A stretch of 64,000 bases of DNA from the human T2T-CHM13v2.0 reference genome, Homo sapiens: NCBI RefSeq assembly GCF_009914755.1, contig NC_060946.1, one strand, 5' to 3'. The position numbers were made by a program, and so were the translations under genes. Shown here one piece after another: positions 27,017-63,403 of the stretch (position 1 is the first letter of the stretch; the number at the start of each line of letters is the position of its first letter). The notes under the pieces were generated by a model. It worked only from the letters and a program-made list of their open reading frames with translations. It made no database searches and was not told where the DNA came from.

Positions 27017-27401
27017 TATCATTTTTATAAGATTCAGAAACAAGCAGTAAAACTATATTATTTAGGGATACACATATATGTGGCTTTAAAAAAGCAAGGG
27101 GCCGGGCGCAGTGGCACATGCCTGTAATCCCAGCACTTTAGGAGGCCAAGGCAAGTGGATCACCTGAGGTCAGGAGTTCGTGACCAGCCTGACTAACATG
27201 GTGAAACCCTGTCTCTACTAAATACAAAAAAATTAGCTGGGCGTGGTGGTGCATGCCTGTAATCCGAGCTACTTGGGAGGCTGAGACAGGAGAATCGCTT
27301 GTACCTGGGAATCGCTTGAACCCGGGAGGCAGAGTTTGCAGTGAGCCTAAATCGCGCCATGGCACTCTAGCCTGGGCAACAAGAGTGAAACTCCGTCTCA
27401 A

Positions 27402-27466
27402 AAAACTAAACTAAACTAAACTAAAAACTAAACTAAACTAAACTAAACTAAACTAAACTAAACTAA
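27402..27466. repeat. (AAACT)n pentanucleotide repeat derived from an Alu tail
   Basis: About 12 units directly visible. Confidence 0.95.
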
Positions 27467-27762
27467 AGCAAGGGACAGGCCAGGCACAGTGGCTCACGCC
27501 TGTAATCCCAGCCCTTTGGGAGGCTGAAGCGGGCAGATCACCAGGTCAAGAGATCAAGACCACCCTGGCCAACATGGTGAAACCCTGTCTCTACCAAAAA
27601 TACAAAAATTATCTGAATTAGCTGAGTGTGGTAGCACGAACCTGTAGTCCCAGCTGCTCAGGAGGCTGAGGCAGGAGAACCACCTGAACCCGGGAGGGAG
27701 AGGTTGCACTAAGCCGAGATCACACCAGTGTGCTCTAGCCTGGCAACAGAGCAACACTCCAG

Positions 27763-27796
<34 letters not shown>

Positions 27797-27859
27797 GGGA
27801 CAGTACACACAGCATTCAAGGTAATGGCATTACCTCTGGGTAGGATGGGGAAAACATAA

Positions 27860-28087
<228 letters not shown>

Positions 28088-29248
28088 TAAAGGAGAATAA
28101 AGCCAGGAGCAGTGGCTCACGTCTGTAATCCCAGCACTTTGGGAGGCCAAGGCAGGCAGATCACCTGAGGTCAGGAGTTCGAGACCAGCCTGGCCAACAT
28201 GGCAAAACCCCATCTCTACTAAAAATACAAAAATTAGCTGAGCCTGGTGGTGGGCGCCTGTAATCCCAGCTAGTCAGGAGGCTGAGGCAGAATCACTTGA
28301 ACCCTGGAGGCGGAGGTTGCAGTAAGCCGAGATCATGCCACTGCACTCCAGCCTGGGCAACAGACGGAGACTCCATCTCATACATAAATAAATAAACAAA
28401 TAAAGGAGAACAAAAAGAAAAGACACATATAGAAAAGGAACGAAGAGAAGGAAAAAGGGAACTGCTTGGTTCTGGTTGGCTTCATAATGGGCAGTGCCAG
28501 TACCTATCTGAAAATGGGTGGGGTCTGGAGCTAACAGAGCATGAAGAGGTGTCCGATAGTCAGAACCAGTGTGAATTACTTCCTCTAGTGTCCGCTACCT
28601 CCAGGGTCACTGCCTGGGGCTGTCACAGCTAAAAGGGTCTCTCTACCAGGAATCAGAAGCTACTAACCCACACCTTCCACTTAGGTCATACTGGGAAAGC
28701 AGTTCAGGGAATTAACGATCTCTGTCACTCTCCAAGTGTGTTGTCTGCACTGAAAGCTTTAGGAGTACGTCTCATTAAATTCTCACACTGACCTTGTGAC
28801 ATAAGTATTCTTATTGTCTTCATTGTACAGCTGAGGAAACGGGGGCTCCAATAAATAAAATGAACTTCTCAAACGACTTCTCAGCTGCTTTGATAGTACT
28901 GAGACAGGAACCCAGTTCTGCCTCCACACTAAAGTCACACTAAAGTGAGGGAAGGGAAGGACAGCAATATCTGTGCTTACCACTGCCGGGGTCCACAAGA
29001 CAACTGGCATGACAAGTGTTCGAAAAGTAATCACATCAATCTCTGACTCCAAAGGTCAGGCTCTCTTGGCCACTAGACTCTACTTATTGTCCCCAAGCAT
29101 CAAAATGCACTCATGGGCCCATGTTTAATTCCCAAGAGTTTCTTGTGCCCTTGTAAAATGCAAATAAATATGTCTAGAAATCTTTTTTAGGGTTTTGAAT
29201 TCTTCTCTATTGCACTGGACACCGGATTTGTACAAATGTTATGTTTGA

Positions 29249-29509
<261 letters not shown>

Positions 29510-29615
29510 TAGCCAGGATGGTCTTGATCTCCTGACCTCATGATCCACCCGCCCCGGCTTCCCAAAGTGCTGGGATTACAGGCGTGAGCCACCGCGCCCA
29601 CCGCATTTGTGTTTA

Positions 29616-29783
<168 letters not shown>

Positions 29784-29825
29784 CTACACTGAAGCCTGGG
29801 TAACAGAGACAGACTGTCTCTAAAA

Positions 29826-29826
<1 letters not shown>

Positions 29827-29879
<53 letters not shown>
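29827..29879. repeat. (TG)n microsatellite
   Basis: About 26 uninterrupted TG units. Confidence 0.97.
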
Positions 29880-29881
<2 letters not shown>

Positions 29882-30293
29882 AAGAGAGACTCCAAATCTC
29901 TTGGAAAAAGGACCTGGCAAATTCAGAGAGGACGAATAATTTGCAAAAGAAACAGAAGAAAGCCAAGCAGGAAGGTCAGCCACTCAGGTTCTCATAGGTT
30001 TTCAGGTCCACTCACAGAGTTCTAAAGGAACCTGCTGAAGTATTGTGTCAACAACAGTAATTGCTCCTCAGTTTCTACTGACTTTTTTGAGGGATTTGGA
30101 GAGGTAGAAAAAGAGAGAAGAAACCTTTTTGCTGTTTCGAGGTTAAAAGCCAGAATAAGGCCAGGCGCGGTGGCTCACGCCTGTAATCCCAGCACTTTGG
30201 GAGGCTGAGGTGGGGGGATCACGAGGTCAGGAGATAGAGACCATCCTGGCTAACATGGTGAAACCCCCTCTCTACTAAAAATACAAAAAATTA

Positions 30294-30527
<234 letters not shown>

Positions 30528-31091
30528 CTAATGAGCTTATGCCTTCATGGGCACTTATGAATTAAGGAAGAAACGGGAAAAAAACAAAAAAAAGCAAGAT
30601 AAGATTAAGCCCACCCTCTAATTTTTCTTCTCACTTTTTAAAAGTGAGACACATTTTTCATTGAGACATAGTCATCATTGCACAAAAAGATAAGAACTAG
30701 GCCACAGACACCATTTAATCAGATATAAGGACAGGATGTTGTCATACTTAATGGATACCCTTGGATTTATTTGGATTACTCCAAATAAAAGGTATTCAAA
30801 AGTGGTAAAACTTCAGGTATAACTAAACCAAATTTACTAAAATTAACACTGTCTTCTCTAATATAACCAGTTGTGTCTATGAGATAGAATAATTGCTATA
30901 TCTTTTGGTCAAGAACTAACTCAGAAGAAATATCATTTGTTTATTTAATCATGAAATCTTTATACGGTATTGTTCACTCAGTAACATTTTGGGGTAAAAC
31001 TCTTCCCAGCTAAATGACAGCTAGGCATGTGTGTGAATGTACACATAAGTTAAAGAACCCAGGTTAATATTAGCTTTATTTATTCTTTTAA

Positions 31092-31317
<226 letters not shown>

Positions 31318-31480
31318 TGACCTCAGGTGATTCACCCACCTCGGCCTCCCAAAGTGCTAGGGTTACAGGCATCAGCCACCACACCTGGCCAATATTATCT
31401 TTATTATACTGAAAGGCTTTATACTCTTCTCATATTTTGAGATAGATAAATCTAAGTATGAGTCATATAATAATACTTAC

Positions 31481-31534
31481 ATGATTTAGCTTTTTCAAAA
31501 TTTCTATTTCTGTTTCAACATTGAGAGCTGGGTC
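31481..31534 (-). CDS. CHEK2: CHEK2 exon 7, DPALNVETEIEILKKLNH
   Basis: 54 nt, alphaC helix, AG/GT flanks. Confidence 0.98.
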
Positions 31535-33350
31535 CTTTGATAAACAGAATAACAGAGTTTATTAGTAATAATAATTGCCAATATTTAAAAAAACATTTAC
31601 AGTTAAACTCAGTTGACTCAAGGCTGCCTGAGTTCCAAACCCAGCTCTACTTATACAAAGAAATCAAAGCCCAGGTCAATGACTTAAATACCTCACCTAA
31701 AATAACTTTGTAAAATGCTTGGCAAATAGTAAGCACTCAATAAATGGCCAGGCCCTGTGCCAAGCTCTTTATTTACAGAGATCATGTCTCATAAGCCTCA
31801 GAATCCCCATCTTACAGATGGGGCAACCAAGGCTCAGAAAACAGAAGCCACTTGCCCTAGTCTCCACAGTCAGAAACAAGTGTGTTTCCACTGTGTTCAT
31901 TTTAATTAGTAAACCCTACTTATTAGCTATGGAACTATTTTTATTCATTAAAATGATAAACAAAAAACATGAACAAGAAGGTGTTCAATTAAACTATATA
32001 AAGAAAATGTGAAGTCAAATTTCTGCTAATAGAGCAGATACAGGTTCCAACTTCAACAGCAGCCTCGCATATTTACTGAGACTCTGACAAGAGGAGGCTT
32101 CAGGGTACTAAAGTTGTTCTGTTACAATTCCAAAAGGATGAATCAAGTAACTCAGCTTCCTGGGCTACACCCTCCACAAGCAAAGAGGAGATAGAATTAC
32201 ATATTTATGTAAAATGAACTTCAGCTAAGAAACCCAGATGTTTAATTTTAAGAGCCTGCCTCTTCCTGTAAGCCGCTAAACTCATTACCAAGTCAGGGTA
32301 TACTCTGATAACAGGATGGTCACAAAGGTCCAATCTGATTCAAATAATGAAATCAAAACGTAAAATTTTACTCCCAGTTTTTAACAATCTAGTTGGTATT
32401 TTCTTCTCCCCAAAATGGGAAACAAATCTTAGAATCATAGGGGAAAAGATCTATAACAAAGTGAACACAAAAAGGAAATTCCTCTTGCCATGTGAGAATG
32501 GCATTGTCTAGGGGGAAAAAAAATTGATCTTTAAAGAATGTGAAAGTATAATAGCCAGAAACAGCTGGCCACTAGGGAAAATGTGATTAGAGGCTGTGTT
32601 TTACATTACTTTGTTGAGTCACATGTGGAAAGACCAATGCATTTGGCCATCTCTCCCATACAGTAAATGTTGATTACAAAAAAGTAGTAAAATAAATGGC
32701 TGCTATAAAGAAAGGCTATTTCAATGATTTAATTAAAATTTTAAAAATCTATGGCTAATCCATAAACCAGGGATACTCACTGCCATATTACCCAGAACAG
32801 CAAAGAATAAGAAATTACCTAAATGATCAGCCAGAGAAATGGTTAAGTAAATTACAATAAAGTTGATGACATGAAAACTCAGTCATCAAAAAGGATGTAT
32901 TAGGCAAAAGTCTATGCTATAATGCATTTGTGGAAAAGCAAAATACAAAACTGTATATACAAGATGATTTCAACCATCTAAAAACACGATTTCATCTGAA
33001 CAAAATCTAGAAGGAAAAGGAAAACTGAAAACAGCTGTGGGGTTACAGTGGGGATTATGGCTGAATTTTTTTCTCTAATTTCCTGTCATTTATTGTAAAA
33101 ACAATCTTGTAACGACTTTGAACTTGGAAGAAGAAAAAAAAAAACTTCCCACTATGCTCATTATTATGTACAATTAAATACTTTTGGAACCAAATTATCT
33201 ATAAGTAAAAGTTTCTAGATTAATCAAAGATGCCCCAAAATTTTCCATGTTCTTTGATACTCACAAATTCATCCATCTAAGCAGGGGGTTATTCCTGAGT
33301 TTAAAAATCATCAATCTAAGATTATTTTGGGAAGTTATGAAGACGTGTTA

Positions 33351-33578
<228 letters not shown>

Positions 33579-34261
33579 TTACAGACATTCCATATAACAG
33601 CCTTTCCATTGTCCCTGTTTGCAGAGGACACAGTGAAACTTCACCAGTGTAAAATGTCAAGGGCTTAACAGCCAAAAACACTAAGTCAGCTCCAAATTCC
33701 ATTTCTGAGCCCAGCGATACAAACATGGGTCTTACTGTAGCCCTGGATTGTGAAATTCCCAGAAAGATACTAAGAGAAAAATGAGAGAGAAACTACGTAT
33801 CCGAGAGGTCAGAAAAACATTAACTAGAAACAGTCCTCCCTGGTCAAAAATAAGTGCCCAAAACAAACAAATAACGGTAAACAGAATCTGCAAATGAATA
33901 ACTTTAATGGATAAATTTCTTTCCTTCTTATTCTCCATCTTCAAAGGAAGTGCATAAGCAGTTGATGACATAAGTTGCACCCTAAATCAAATCAGATTAC
34001 CTAAGAAACCAAACGTATTACACAATCAGCCTACTTTCAGCAACCTCTCACAGAGATTTGCAGTTAAATGGGATACTACTCATGGAGGAGGAATGCTCTC
34101 CAAGCCATTACCCAGAACACAGTTAATCCTGAGTAGGATCTGTCCTCCAAAGCTTGGGTCAGCCCAAGATAATGGCTACTAGGGCATCAATTACCCATTA
34201 TGAAGTAGACTATTATAACTATTGTGGGTTTTGAAGGGGTGAGTTGAGGGGCTTACCAAGA

Positions 34262-36310
<2,049 letters not shown>

Positions 36311-36864
36311 GTAACTATTCTTTTTAAAATCAGCTCAAAGCACTTTCCAATTTCCCTTCTCCTGGAAACAGTCACCCTTTGCCTGGGAATTCCTCCCCAA
36401 GTCCGTGCAGCTCTAGCTGGGTGTCTACTATGGCACAACCCCTACTCCTAGAAACACAGGATAGCTACATAACCAAAACTGAGCTGGAGCAGTGAGCCAT
36501 GATCATGCCACCGCACTCCAGCCTGAGACACAGAGCAACACCCTGTCATTCATTCATACCTACAGCCAGAGTTGCCCTTGAAATCAAATGCTGACATTGG
36601 GAGACAGACTTCTCTCTGTTGTAGTTTCTAGACAAAGAAAATATCATTCTGCAGCCCCTGGTAGCCATTTTTCCTACCACATAGAGAGAACAATTCTATA
36701 GGAAGCCAACAAACAGCTGAATCAAGAGATGGAGCTAGAGCCCTGGTGACACTGCAGGAGCTCTTAGACGCAGTCAACCAGACCATCAGAACTCAAAGAC
36801 CATGAAGTAAAGCCTAATGACCTCCTAGATCCAGCCATGCCTGAAGTAAGGATTTGCCTGCTTA

Positions 36865-40700
<3,836 letters not shown>

Positions 40701-40884
40701 TAAAAATAAATTAAAATGACTGTGTGAAATAACACACAAAAATAAAAATAAAAAATAATACACAAATAGATACCATACAAATGTTATCAATACATAATGA
40801 GTGTTATAAAATCAGAAATGAGAAACCACCAATCACAAATGTATAGTGAAAAAATTAAGTGCATTTATATAAGAAAATAATTTA

Positions 40885-41004
<120 letters not shown>

Positions 41005-41583
41005 TCATTAATTTATTCACAAGAGGCGATCACTGATTCTAAAATTTATTCATCATATGGAATATAAGAACTGTTTTTAACTACATTTAACATGTAACCT
41101 TAAGGAAATTAGTATGTATGTAATATAATAGGTATTAGTGGGCTAATACATATTGTAAAGCCCTTGAGAAATAAATGATAGTCAAATTTCATGCTTCAAT
41201 GGAACTATAAGCATCACTCTGAAACTAGTGCAAAAAATCCGTAACACAACATTATTTATATTCCTTGACCTCAGAATATCAATCAATTACACTAATATAA
41301 AATGCCCATGCAGATTTACAACAGGCCCAGAATCAAAAAGCAATCCATCAGTCTGAGCCTAGAAAAAATGGTCTAGGCAAGTAAATATCCCAATGAAAAT
41401 TAGGCCATCAGTATCACCATACGGGTATTATCATCTCTCAGCCATTTATACCTTTATATATCCGGTATTAAGTATTTTATAGTGCAAACCATATTCAACA
41501 TATTTGTAAAGCTAGGTAAATAACATTTTCTAAACAAATTCCCTTTTTTCTCCATTATTTGGGCTGTATCTTAAAAAAAGTAA

Positions 41584-46618
<5,035 letters not shown>

Positions 46619-46712
46619 CTAAAATAGAGAACATTTTGTTTCAGACTTTGAATAGCAGAGATTTATAGTGGGAAAATATCTAAAAACAATGACCAAATTA
46701 CCAGCTCTCCTA

Positions 46713-46925
<213 letters not shown>

Positions 46926-47879
46926 TCATAAATGCTAATTGTAGGAAAATAGCCTAAGAAGGCAATCAGAATTATCAATCTGCTTATCAAGATTTTACAA
47001 GATTAAAAATTAGGAGAGAAAAAACAACATTACCAATGAGTTTAACAAATGGCAGTTTATCTATAACCACATGGCCAGGCACAGTGGCTCACACCTGTAA
47101 TCTCAGCCCTTTGGAAGGCTAAGGCAGGAGGATCACTTGACCCCAGGAGCTCATGACCAGCCTGGGCAACATAGGGGGCACCCATCTCTACCAAGAATTT
47201 AAAAATTAGTCTGGGCAACATGGTGAAACCCTATCTCTACAAAAAATAAAAAATCAGCAGGGTGTGGTGGTGGGTCCCTGTGGTCTCAGCTACTCAGGAG
47301 GCTGAGGTGGGAGGATCGCTTGAGCCCAGGAGGTCGAGGCTGCAGTGAGCTGAGACTACGCCACTGCACACTAGCCTGGGCGACAGAGTGAGACCCAGTT
47401 TCAAAAAAAAAAAAAATGGCCAGGTGTGGTGGCTCATGCCTGTAATCCCAGCACTTTGGGAGGCTGAGACGAATGGATCACGAGGTCAGGAGTTCAAGAC
47501 CAGCCTGGCCAAGATGGTGAAACCCTGTCTCTACTAAAAAATACAAAAATTAGCTGGGCGTGGTGGCGGGTGCCTGTAATCCCAGTTACTCGGGAAGCTG
47601 AGGCAGAGAATTGCTTGAACCTGGGAGGTGGAGGATGCAGTGAGCCAAGATTGCGCCACTGCACTCCAGCCTGGACGACAAAGCAAGACTCTGTCTGAAA
47701 AAAAACAAAAAACAATTAACCAGATGTGGTGGTGCATGCCTGTAGTCCAGCTACTCAGGAGGCTGAAGGAGGAGGATCACTTGAGCAAGATAAGCTGATG
47801 CTACAATGGGCTGTGATCCTGCCACTGTACTCCAACCTGGGCAACAGAGCAAGACCCTGTCTCAAAAAAATAAATAAAC

Positions 47880-48140
47880 AAATATTTAATATATATTATA
47901 TATTTATTTTATATTTATTATATATAATATATATAATTTGTATTTATTATACATGTTATATAAATTTATTTTATAAGTTGTCTTAAATATAATTATATAT
48001 TTATACACAATATAACATATATTATATATTTATAATATAGTAATTATATCTAAATATATAATAATATATAATATATATTATAATCTATTAATATATGTAT
48101 TTATATACACAAACACACACATACACATACATATATATAT
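47880..48140. repeat. AT-rich low-complexity / (TA)n-like tract
   Basis: Directly visible. Confidence 0.9.
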
Positions 48141-48483
48141 AAAACCGTGAAATAACAAATAGTCATTAAAAGTTCTCGAGTAATTTTTAATGACTTGGAA
48201 AATTACTTGCAATACAGTAATTTCCTGCTTATTACCTTCCTGAGGTTTTCCATGACACTTAGCATAAAATCTGCACTCTTCCTCATGGCCTACTAGATGC
48301 TCAGGGTCTGGCGTCTGCCACCATTCCAGCCCCACCTCATACCCCTCTCCCCTTGCTCATGACACCCAGCACCACTGGCCTCCTTTCACTGCCCCCAAGA
48401 ATGCTGGGTTCAATCTGCCTTGTGGTCTTAGCACTTCTTCCCCAACTACACAAATGGCTCATTCCACCTTGCCTTTTGTATAA

Positions 48484-48741
<258 letters not shown>

Positions 48742-49059
48742 TAGCCAGGATGGTCTCGATCTCCTGAACTTGTGATCCGCCCGCCTCGGCCTCCCAAAGT
48801 GCTGGGATAACAGGCATGCGCCACCACACCCGGCCTCCCGCTCAGCTTGTTATATAAACATTACTCACCTGTTATCATAATGTTATCCTGTTTTATATCT
48901 TTTTGGGTATGGGCCACGGCTGGAAATTACCTTGCTTATTTGTATATTTTCTCCCCACCTCCCTGCATTAGAACATAACCTCCAGGAGGGCAGCTGGAGA
49001 CCTCTTGTTTAACAGTACAACTCCAGCACTTGGGATATTGCACATGGCAGGTAATTAAA

Positions 49060-51240
<2,181 letters not shown>

Positions 51241-51681
51241 TTTTATTTTATTTATTATCTATTTATTTTTAATTTAGAGGCAAAGTCTTGCTCTGTGGCC
51301 TGCAATCATAGCTTGCTGCAGTCTCCAACTCGTGGCCTCAAGCACTTCTCCTGCCATAGGCTCCCAAAGCACTGAGATTATAGGGTGAAAGAGTCAGAGC
51401 AACCAGCCAGAAAGCATTTTTTTTTTCTTTTGAGTCAGAGTCTCACTCTATCACCAACTAGCTGGAACTACAGGCTCCTGCCACCACGCCCGGCTAATTT
51501 TGTTTTTGTATTTTTAGTAGAGACGGGGTTTCACCATGTTGGCCAGGATGGTCTCGATCTCCTGACCTTGTGATCCGCCCACCTCAGCCTCCCAAAGTGC
51601 TTGGATTACAGGCATGAGCCACTGCACCCACCCCAGAAAGAACTTTTATGAAACATCCACAGCTTAGTCTTCAGATATCAG

Positions 51682-52033
51682 AGGAGAGAGGAGAGAGGAA
51701 GAGAGAAGAGGAGAGAAAAGAGGAAAGAAAAGAGGAGAGGAGAGGAGGGGAGGGGAGGAGAGGAGAGGAGGGGAGGGGAGGGGAGGGGAGGAGAGGAGGG
51801 GAGGGGAGGGGAGGAGGGGAGGGGGGAGAGGAGGGGAGGGGAGGGGAGGGGAGGGGAGGAGGGGAGAGAAGAGGAGAGGAGAAGAGAGTGGAAGGGAAAG
51901 GAAAGGAAAGCGGAAGGGAAAGGAAAGGAAAGCGGAAGGGAAAGGAAAGCAGAAGGGAAAGGAAAGGAAAGGAAAAAAGAAAGGGGAAAGGGGAAAGGAA
52001 AAGGAAAAGGGAAAGAGAAAGGGAAAGGGAAAG
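51682..52033. repeat. ~350-bp polypurine/polypyrimidine compound repeat (GGAGA/GGGGA/GGAAA/AAAAGG units)
   Basis: Almost purely A/G on the plus strand, directly visible. Confidence 0.95.
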
Positions 52034-52053
52034 ACCCACAGCTAACATCATAC

Positions 52054-52529
<476 letters not shown>

Positions 52530-52536
52530 TTAATTA

Positions 52537-52896
<360 letters not shown>

Positions 52897-53502
52897 TTAA
52901 AAGAAAACATAGGTATAAATAATTAACAAATAATAATAATAAACAGCCTCGGCCAGACGTGGTGGCTCGCGCCTGTAATCCCACCACTTTGGGAGGCCAA
53001 GGCGGGCAGATCACCTGAGGTCAGGAGTTTGAAACCAGCCTGGCCAACATGATGACAACCCGTCCCTACTAAAAAATACAGAACTTAGCCACGGTGGTGG
53101 GCACCTGTAATCCCAGCTACTCAGGTGGCTGAGGCAGGAGAATGGCTTCAACCCAGGAGATTGAGGTTGCAGTGAGCCAAGATCGTACCACTACACTCCA
53201 GCCTGGGTGACAGAGTGAGACTCCGTCTCAAATAATAATAATAATAATAATGATAAACAGTCTCTATTTATTCAGCACCTACTTTATGCTGGTCATCCTA
53301 TCAGGATCTTTGTTTACTTGTCTTTTTTTGTTTTTCCTTTTTGTGGAGAATGGGGTCTCGCTATATTGCCCAGCAGGTCTCAAACTCCTGGGTTCAAGCT
53401 ATCCTCCCACCTCTGCTGCTCTAAGAGCTGGGATTACAGTTGAGAGCCCCTGCACCCAGCCTCTTTGTTTTCTTACTTTTAAAGGTGATGTATCCCATTT
53501 AG

Positions 53503-54117
<615 letters not shown>

Positions 54118-54552
54118 TGATCCACCTGCCTTGGTCTCTCAACGTGCTGGGATTACAGGCATGAGCCACAATGCCCGGTCTGAAAAATATATTTTAAATC
54201 AGTTAAAAATAGCTTCGAGTGTCTACTTATAAATTTAAAGTTGTATATGTGGAATGCAGGTATATTCCTCCATTTTTTATAGTTTTTTCAAGATATCAAA
54301 GTTAGACATGAAATAAAACAAGGATGGTGAGTGACAAAACACAAAATGATACATCAGTCCTTCATTTCTTTATATTAACATATTCTATCCTGTTAATGCC
54401 AAGTTCAAATTTGTTTATTAAAGAGGTCATTGCAATGTAAGCGAAAGGAAAAAAAACACTATTTTTTTTGGCCGGAGTGCAGTGGTGCAATCCTGGCTCA
54501 TTGCAACCTCTGCCTCCCAGGTTCAAGCAATTCTCATGTCTCATCCTCCTGA

Positions 54553-54750
<198 letters not shown>

Positions 54751-55205
54751 TTAAACATATGCAGAGCAAAACTTACTATTGGAACCAGGAGGTGTCAGAA
54801 AGGGTCAACATGTTTAAATCACAAGGTTGGCTATTTTGAGACAAAAACAAGTAACAAGTAGTCAACAAATGGCCATCTCTATTCTGAACAGCTCTGATTC
54901 TCTGAAGCTGTGGCAAACCACAGCAGAGGTTAACTAGTGAAGCTTTTGTGATTAGGGGATAATGTTTGCAAGTTTGAGTGAATCTGCATTTTTCTAGGAA
55001 GAGGGTCCAAAGCTACCTTCAGATCTTTGGATGGACAGCACATTGTAAATGTCCAATTATTATTTGTTGAAAGAGTAAATGAACAGAATCCACAGCAGGT
55101 AACAGCCAGGGCAACACCCAATACTGCCTCTTTGGTTTTACCTTTTATCACATTCAAACTCCAGAATTATTCTAAGAGTGGCTCAAGCATTCTGCTGCAA
55201 CTAAC

Positions 55206-56436
<1,231 letters not shown>

Positions 56437-56837
56437 CTATTACAACAGCAAAAGAAAAGAAAAAAAAAAAAACAGGGCAAACATGCTCTCCAAAAATTAA
56501 AAGTCCTAACAGCCCAGACCTATAGTTCTTCTGGGCTGAGCTTTTCACCAGATCATTGTCACCAGATCAGTTTTTTATCTGACAGCCATAAACTACAGGG
56601 AAAAACAAATTATCTGAAGGTTACAAATAAGTAAAAAGCAATAAAATTGAGCTGGGGGGCTCATAAAAGCTTACATTTGTCCAATTCTTTTAAATTAAGA
56701 CTGAAACCAAAAATGTACTGATACAATCAACACTACATTTAAATTTCATATATACAGGGGGCCAGGCGCGGGGGCTCACTCCTGTAGTCCCGCACTTTGG
56801 GAGGACAAGACGGGCAGATCATGAGGTCAGGAGTTCA

Positions 56838-57868
<1,031 letters not shown>

Positions 57869-58747
57869 GTACTTTGGAAAGCAAAAGAAGACAAAAAATC
57901 AGGTGGCTTGATATAAAAGTCAAAAAGAAATTGTACAATAACCTGCTGCATTACTCCAAAGGGTCCATTTACATAAAATGTCACTGGTACCCCTTTTCCC
58001 CCAGGCTTGCTCCTAAAGTGAAACACACCTGTTCCTTCAATCTATATTCCCTGACACCTAAGGACCCAGTGACTTAATGAGGCAGAACACAAAGGAAGAC
58101 AGCTCTTAACAACTCCACCTATCCCTTTGTGATGCTAAATAACCATAGGGCTTATCTTTTCAGCATCCTAAATGGCCTTCCGGCCTTGATGTAATCTTGC
58201 AGGAACCATTCTTTTATAAACTGGAGACCGTAACAGAGGCTTCCACCCTTGTCTTAGAATTAACCTGATAGACAGTTAGACTGTCATAACAGGCTGGGTG
58301 CAGTGGCTCATACCTGTAATCCCAGCACTTTGGGAGGCCAAGGCAAGAGGACCACTTGAGGCCACGAGTTCAATACCAGCCTGGCCAACATAGTGGGACC
58401 CCCCCCGCCCCCCGTACAAAAAATAAGAAAATTAGACATGATGGCATGCAGCTGTGGGCTCAGCTACTCAGGAAGGTGAGGTGGGAGGATCACTTGAGCC
58501 CAGGAGTTGAAGGCTGCAGTGAGCTATGATCATACCACTTACATACCAGCCTGGGTGGCAGAGTGAGACCCTATCTCCAAAGAACAGAAAACAAACCAAG
58601 ACTCTGATAACAGAACCACCAGTAAAATCAAAGTAGCATCCACTGCTGACCTAATCGGATTAACAAAAAAAAGGGAGGCAGAGGAGGGCATTCTCTTCCT
58701 CCCCAAACTCAGGCTACTACTCTAGGAGAACATAGGAAACAACACTA

Positions 58748-59507
<760 letters not shown>

Positions 59508-59638
59508 AAGATACCCACACTGATTGTATTTACACAGCTTTCAAGATACAAAGGTTCTGCCAGGTGTGGTGGTTCATGTCTGTAATCCCAGCACTTTGGG
59601 AGGCCAACGCAGGTAGATTGCTTGAGCCCAGGAATTCA

Positions 59639-59836
<198 letters not shown>

Positions 59837-60289
59837 TCAAGGAAAATAAAAAAGATACAAAGGTTCTGATGAGTTTTCTTTAAAACATACCAGGAAGGCA
59901 ATGCCAAAACTGAGTATGCCACACCAGGGACTGCTGGTCTAATACTACCTGAGCCAGGCTGAGTCTTCCCCACAGCTTTTTAAGCAAGACAGGACAACTG
60001 GAGAAAATGTGTCAACAAGTTACTATGAGAGATTAGAGGCAAGCGGATCTGGAGTCAGACACTTGAGTGAAACTGTGCATGACTTTAGGTAGATCACAAC
60101 TTCTCTAAACCTGTTTTCTCATCTGAAAATAAGTAGACAGACCATGAGGATTAAGTGAAGTGACGCATGTAATACTCCCCCCACCCACCCATGCTTGCTA
60201 TCTGGGAGCTATTGCTATTGGAAAGCCATGCAGAGAAGTGAGTGAAAAACCAAAGTGAGGGCAGCAAAACTCCAGGACTGTAGACAGAA

Positions 60290-62841
<2,552 letters not shown>

Positions 62842-63403
62842 TCAAAAATAAATAATTTTTTTTAAAAATTCCAGAGGTCTTTCAAGTGAAACACAATATT
62901 TTTTTCAAGCAGAAAACCTAAGTCCGAAGGAGGACTGATGCCCTCCTACCCACTTCTGGCCACCCTATCCCATACATTTACTTAGGGACTTATTTAGGGA
63001 CACGCAGAACATCCTCCTACACAGCTCAGTGCGTTTCCAGTCCCTGCAGCGCCCAGTAGCTAAGACTGGCTTCTCTATAAGTATTTTATAGATTGAACCT
63101 AAAGAATGGCAACGATTTCTAACATCTATAGAATTTTTACGAAGTCACTTCGCTCTGATATTGAAGAATACAACGCTGTTCTTCTTATCCTGTATGTTCA
63201 GGCCTGTTTCAGCTTGCAAGTAATACGGGAAGTGAACTTCACCTCGAGGATGATCTACTGAAAAGGAAGAGAGTCGCCCACACACTCCCCCTTCAGCTCA
63301 AAACTACAGACAAAGCGAAGCTCAGGAGACTCCGTTCGCACAAAACGCTTAAGATGGGATTCGAACCACCAAACACCCAACAGAAGTTCCCCATATGACT
63401 CAC

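Noticed and set aside
63396-63402. AP-1 site TGACTCA at CHEK2 exon 1
   Set aside because: Mostly explained by the GTGAGT splice donor consensus.
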